Origin: Anthoceros angustus | Lineage: Eukaryota; Plantae; Anthocerotophyta | Direction: 5' to 3' | NCBI GenBank assembly: GCA_010909165.1 | Contig: MU008164.1 | Coordinates: forward strand, 1,984,001 to 2,048,000 | Length of the DNA stretch: 64,000 nt | Shown: one piece after another, positions 59,835-64,000 of the stretch | Layout: each line of letters starts with the position of its first letter | Numbering within the stretch: position 1 is the stretch's first letter | Translations under genes and position numbers: made by a program | The notes under the pieces: model-generated | Told to the model about the DNA's origin: nothing | What the model saw: the letters and a program-made list of their open reading frames with translations, nothing else | The model's database searches: none

Positions 59835-60519
59835 ACCCTTGCGGTTGGCGTCTGCTGTGGTGGTGGGCGCCAAGACGCCAAGTTCCGCCAAGGCGCTCGG
59901 TTGGGCGATGGCGCTCGTAATTGGGCTTGGGCCAGAGATAGCGCCCGCAGGCGAGTGCTGGCGCGGCGGCAGCGAGCTGGCGAGAAGTTGTTCGAGAATG
60001 GCCTTCTCTCGATGCGAGCGTCGAATAGCAAGCGGGAGGCGTCCTTTCGCTGCCCGTAACTATCAGAGTCTTGCATTGCTTACTCTAGCTTCTGCTGCGC
60101 CGTCGCTCACGTACTCGACCTTGCGGCGCATGTGCGGGCGTGGTTACGCCTGACCCAGCAACGGTCTGGTCCCTTTGCATGCTCCTCCTCTCGGCCGTCC
60201 GCGTGGCACCCTTTGCCAAAATACGCTCCCCGTTCCAAAGTTACCTTTCCTAGCATACTTATCGTGACTTACTCCGGAGTGGAGTCCGGACTCACCCCGG
60301 TCTACTCCGGAGTGCGGTCCGTAGTCTCTCAGGCCGCTCCGGAGTGCGGTCCGGAGTCACCCTGTCTACTCCGGAGTGCGGTCCGGAGTCCCCCTGTCTT
60401 TACCCGTTCCGGTCTTATTTCCCTTTCCTCGTCTTATTTCTCACTCCACACTAACAAAAAAAACAAAAAAACTAGCTCATTACCTTTCTAAGGGGGAGAG
60501 CCTACGGTCCACAGTTTGT

Positions 60520-60772
60520 ATCGTTGTAAATATCCCCCGCCCCTCCCCATAAAATTCAAATCATTGTAAATATTCCCCCCCGAAAAAATCCAATCGTTAC
60601 AAATATTCCCCCCAAAAAAATTCAAACCGTTATAATGGTTTCCATTGTTGTAAATATTTTCCCCTAAAAATTCAAACCGTTGTATACCTTTCCCGCCAAA
60701 AAATTCTAACCGTTGTAAACCTTTTCCTGCCAAAAATTCAAACCATAGGCTTATAGAAGCTATCGTTGTAAA
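60520..60772 (+). repeat. ~30-bp tandem repeats (aaaattcaaaccgttgtaaatattcccc)
   Basis: About 7-8 degenerate units containing the TTGTAAA core shared with the CACTA subterminal repeats. Confidence 0.8.
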
Positions 60773-61384
60773 ATAATAATATAAGTTATTCAAATACTAC
60801 CTAAAGGACTAAACAAGGGTAGGGATACTGCGGAGTCACTGTGAACATTTTCAATGATGGATACTTTTGCCTAGTCTGTTACAACAACACGACCAAAATA
60901 TCGGAAGGCTATCTAAGTATCTGTGAGACATTCACATCAAGTTCTTAGAAAGAGATAAATGAGCATGGTGGTCCTGTGCAAGAAGCTGAGGTGTCAGCAG
61001 CAGCAACTTGGGAAAGGAGCAAGCTGCAACTAGCAACAAGCTCCAATTAGCACATGCAATTTATGCGTTACCTTCAAATGCAAAGCGTTCAGTCCACAGT
61101 CTCCCATTATTGATGATGTCTTCTTTTTTCTGAGCAAGACTTAGAGTTCCCACAAAACATCAGCAACACATCAGTAGCCCATCAGCATCCTTGAGTCTGA
61201 GCACACATCAACAGCCCATCAGCCCCACATCGTCCTCTTCATCCTTGCACCCGGTTGCAACTGCCTAGTTCGGAAAAACGAATCAGCGGAGGTATACCGT
61301 AGCCCGTGCCTAGCATCCGTCCTGCAATCTGGCCAGCAGATATGGCAGAGCTCGCCTCAAATCGGCTGGAGACGTCCTCGCATG

Positions 61385-61556
61385 GGGTTGCAGACATTGC
61401 AACGTCCCACACATCCTGCCTCATGTAGACAGGGTCCTTCCCTCCCAGCTCAAGCTGAGCCTACAGAATAGCCATGGAAAATCAGCACGATACCTTCACC
61501 ACCATCTCAAAATGCTTGACAATGTAGAGCTGCTTATAGCCCTTCCAGTGCCACAC
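61385..61556 (-). pseudogene. Captured aldehyde dehydrogenase gene fragment
   Basis: Minus strand reads GTGRAISS...EMVVK | GT..AG 33-nt intron remnant (61493-61461) | AQLELGGKDPVYMRQDVWDV. LELGGK is the ALDH catalytic Glu motif. Confidence 0.6.
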
Positions 61557-62045
61557 TATGAGAGGGAGTCCAACAAAGTACCGCCCTTGCCCAGCCGTGC
61601 AGGATCTGCTGCTGAGCCATCGCCGTGTGGCGATGCATCATCTGCCATCTCCCTAAGCCGCCAAACCCTACCGCCATGCCACGTGCAGCTCCACACCCGT
61701 CCTCCACCTCTGCGGCTGCCTCTAGCCATCGACGCGCACACCTGATAGACGCACTTCAATCCCAGGCCTCGCACACAAGTCCAGCATCTGGACAGAAAAA
61801 GAGAGAGAGCGTGAGTTTCCCACTTTAGAAATTTAATGATAAAAACTGAAGACAAAAGAGTCTCACGGCGAATGAGTTAGTGGAGTGGTAGAGCCCTATG
61901 CCCGCCTGCTTGGAGAGGGGAGATCAGATCCCGTCCCCTCCGCGGAATATTGCGATTTCACAATCCTTAATCCATGCGAACATTTGTGCAGCTCTTGTCC
62001 ATTTGAGTGTCATTTACTACTTGTGTTTTCACTTTGTAGAACAAC

Positions 62046-62730
62046 CACACCACCGTTTCTATGTCCTTATTTTTTCAACCACGGCACCACCTCTATGTCC
62101 TTATTTTTTCAACCTCGGCACCACCTCTATGTCCTTATTTTTTCACTACGGTATTACCTCTCTGTCCTTATTTTTTCACTACGGTACCGCCTCTCTATCC
62201 TTATTTTCTCACTACAATACCACCTCTCTGTTCTTATTTTCTTAGTATGGTGAAAAGCCCGGCACCACCTTTACGTCTGCAAGTGCGGCCCATCATACAT
62301 GACACTTTTCAATTATAAAATAAGCACCATGTTCACGTCCTCTCTGTCCTTATTTTCTTACTATGGTGAATAAGCCCGGCACCACCTTCATGTTTGCAAG
62401 TGCGGCCTATCATACATAACACTTTTCAATTATAAAATAAGTACCACCTCTATGTCCTTGTTTTTGCGGCCCATCATACATGACACTTTTCAATTATAAA
62501 ATAAGCACCACCTCCTTGTCCTTGTTTTTTACCTCCATGTCCTTGTTTTTTCACTATGGGGAATAAGCACGGCACCACCTTCACGTCTACAAGTGCGGCC
62601 CATCATACATAACACTTTTCAATTGTAGAATAAGTACCACTCTGGTTTTTTCTAATGTAGAACAAGCACAGCACCACAACACCATCTCCAGCACCACAAC
62701 ACCATCTCCAGCACCACAACACCATCTCCA
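62046..62730 (+). repeat. Compound tandem repeats: ~34-bp unit x~6, a ~40-bp block x4 and a 20-bp unit x3
   Basis: cggcaccacctctatgtccttattttttca (62046-62250). gcggcccatcatacatgacacttttcaattataaaataag (~62285, 62402, 62466, 62595). cagcaccacaacaccatctc (62669-62730). Confidence 0.85.
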
Positions 62731-64000
62731 CGCTGTGCATATAAATGCCACAATCCAATTGTCCGGAATGCATATAGTGAACCCCAAATCTTTGTATCAC
62801 TTTACAAGAGTCCAAAATGAACCCTTTACCCTTGTGTCACCCAAACTAGTTCAGTTTTCTCTATGACAATAAGATGGTTGTCGGGACTAGTGCACGAGGA
62901 GCATGACTTTGTTTAGAAGGAATAAGTACATTTTGTTGGTGGTTCCAGCTTTAATAGCTTGTCCATGTAACCCATAAGCTCTCTTTGAGTTTGATCTCTT
63001 GTAAAATGGTTTGTTTAAAACCTTAAAGTTGCTTAGTTAAAAAAAAAAAAAGTGTTGTAATAAGGCGCAATATTGCAATAAAAAACTATGTCCCACGATT
63101 TACAGCCTGGTTTACAATTGAAATTTTGACTATGAAAATATTTTACTGATAATTGTTATAAAAAAATGGATAATTTTATAACATCTACATTTTAGAACGC
63201 AAGTTACAAGGAGCTAAATTATTTAAAATTATAATGACCCTAGTTGTAAAATGGACGTGGCCCTATACAACAAAAACTCTTTTTAATGCAAATTACAATG
63301 CTAAATTAGAGATATTTTTAAAAATAAAATATTGTGTTGTAGATATAGATTCATGTGTCGTAAAAGCAGTGTTGTAAAATTCAAGCTATTGCTGTAAGAG
63401 AAGTCCCGTTGTAAAAAGCGTATTGACTATCGTAAAAGTATTGTTGTAAAACACCAATAATTGTTGTAAAAGACACATTGTTGTAAAAAACGTATTATGT
63501 GTTGTAAAAGTCATTTTGTTAAACATAGGCCAACGTTGTAAGAGATAATTGTAATTAGAGTAGACGGCGTTACAAATCCCCTGAGTTGTAAAACACTCAA
63601 TATCGTTGTAAATAGACATTGTGTTGTAATTATGGTAGCTGACATAGTAACTATATTGAAACCCCATATTGAAAACTATAGTATGTTATAATCTTGCAAA
63701 CCCTCATTGTAAAAAGAGTGTCACGTTATCAAAATACATATTAAAAAAATACCCCATATTATAAAATATTAAATTTATATTATAAAGTATTAAAATTTAT
63801 ATAAAAATAATACGTGGGCTGAAAAACCCGTTGCAAAACGAACGGACCCCAGTTTTGAAGGGGTAGTAAAATGCTGGTTTTCTAGTAGTGAGACCCAAAA
63901 AAAAGGACTGACAGCAACTGCCTCTCTACGGGTGCATACCGCTCAGGAGAGTTCAGAATTTCGGAACAGAAGACAGAGAAATGACGTGTGGGTGGCAGCT

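Larger units (their letters stand above)
27802..60513 (-). mobile_element. Outer giant solo LTR (family B), interrupted by the Gypsy element. Own sequence is 27802-28820 plus ~58080-60513
   Basis: TGTGG...CCACA termini and a perfect 5-bp TSD GTTTG (27797-27801 / 60514-60518). The two ends differ from each other but each matches the corresponding end of the copy at 39948-47456. Confidence 0.8.
25124..63890. mobile_element. CACTA (En/Spm) termini enclosing a non-autonomous element of ~6 kb once the nested insertion is removed
   Basis: Left end is CACTActaggaaaaatagccttttac (25124). The right end reverse complement is CACTActagaaaaccagcattttac (ends 63890). There are many TTACAA/TTGTAA subterminal repeats. 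The 3-bp flanks do not match (TCG vs AGA). Confidence 0.6.

Overview
Eukaryotic nuclear DNA from a seed-free land plant. A hornwort is most likely, inferred from PLS-PPR genes with 37-aa L motifs and a 'PGQSWWTD' box. The first ~17 kb is gene space: a degenerate trihelix/Myb-SANT ORF and a complete 4-exon plastid heme oxygenase gene (6492-7759). The heme oxygenase gene is flanked by two related non-autonomous TIR elements with 6-bp TSDs (GingerRoot-like). It is followed by a head-to-head pair of intronless paralogous PLS-E+ PPR editing-factor genes. 20-25 kb holds a tandem array and a MULE relic. 25.1-63.9 kb is a nested transposon stack. Outermost are CACTA termini enclosing a captured aldehyde dehydrogenase fragment. 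Inside is a giant solo LTR (27802-60513, TSD GTTTG), then a Gypsy element with ~4.7-kb LTRs, whose pol is interrupted by a second giant solo LTR. The most unusual feature is that the LTRs of both retroelement families carry a homologous, long, sense-strand ORF inside U3. The repeat region has many noisy tandem duplications and small indels, probably partly long-read assembly error, so reading frames there are reconstructed by eye.
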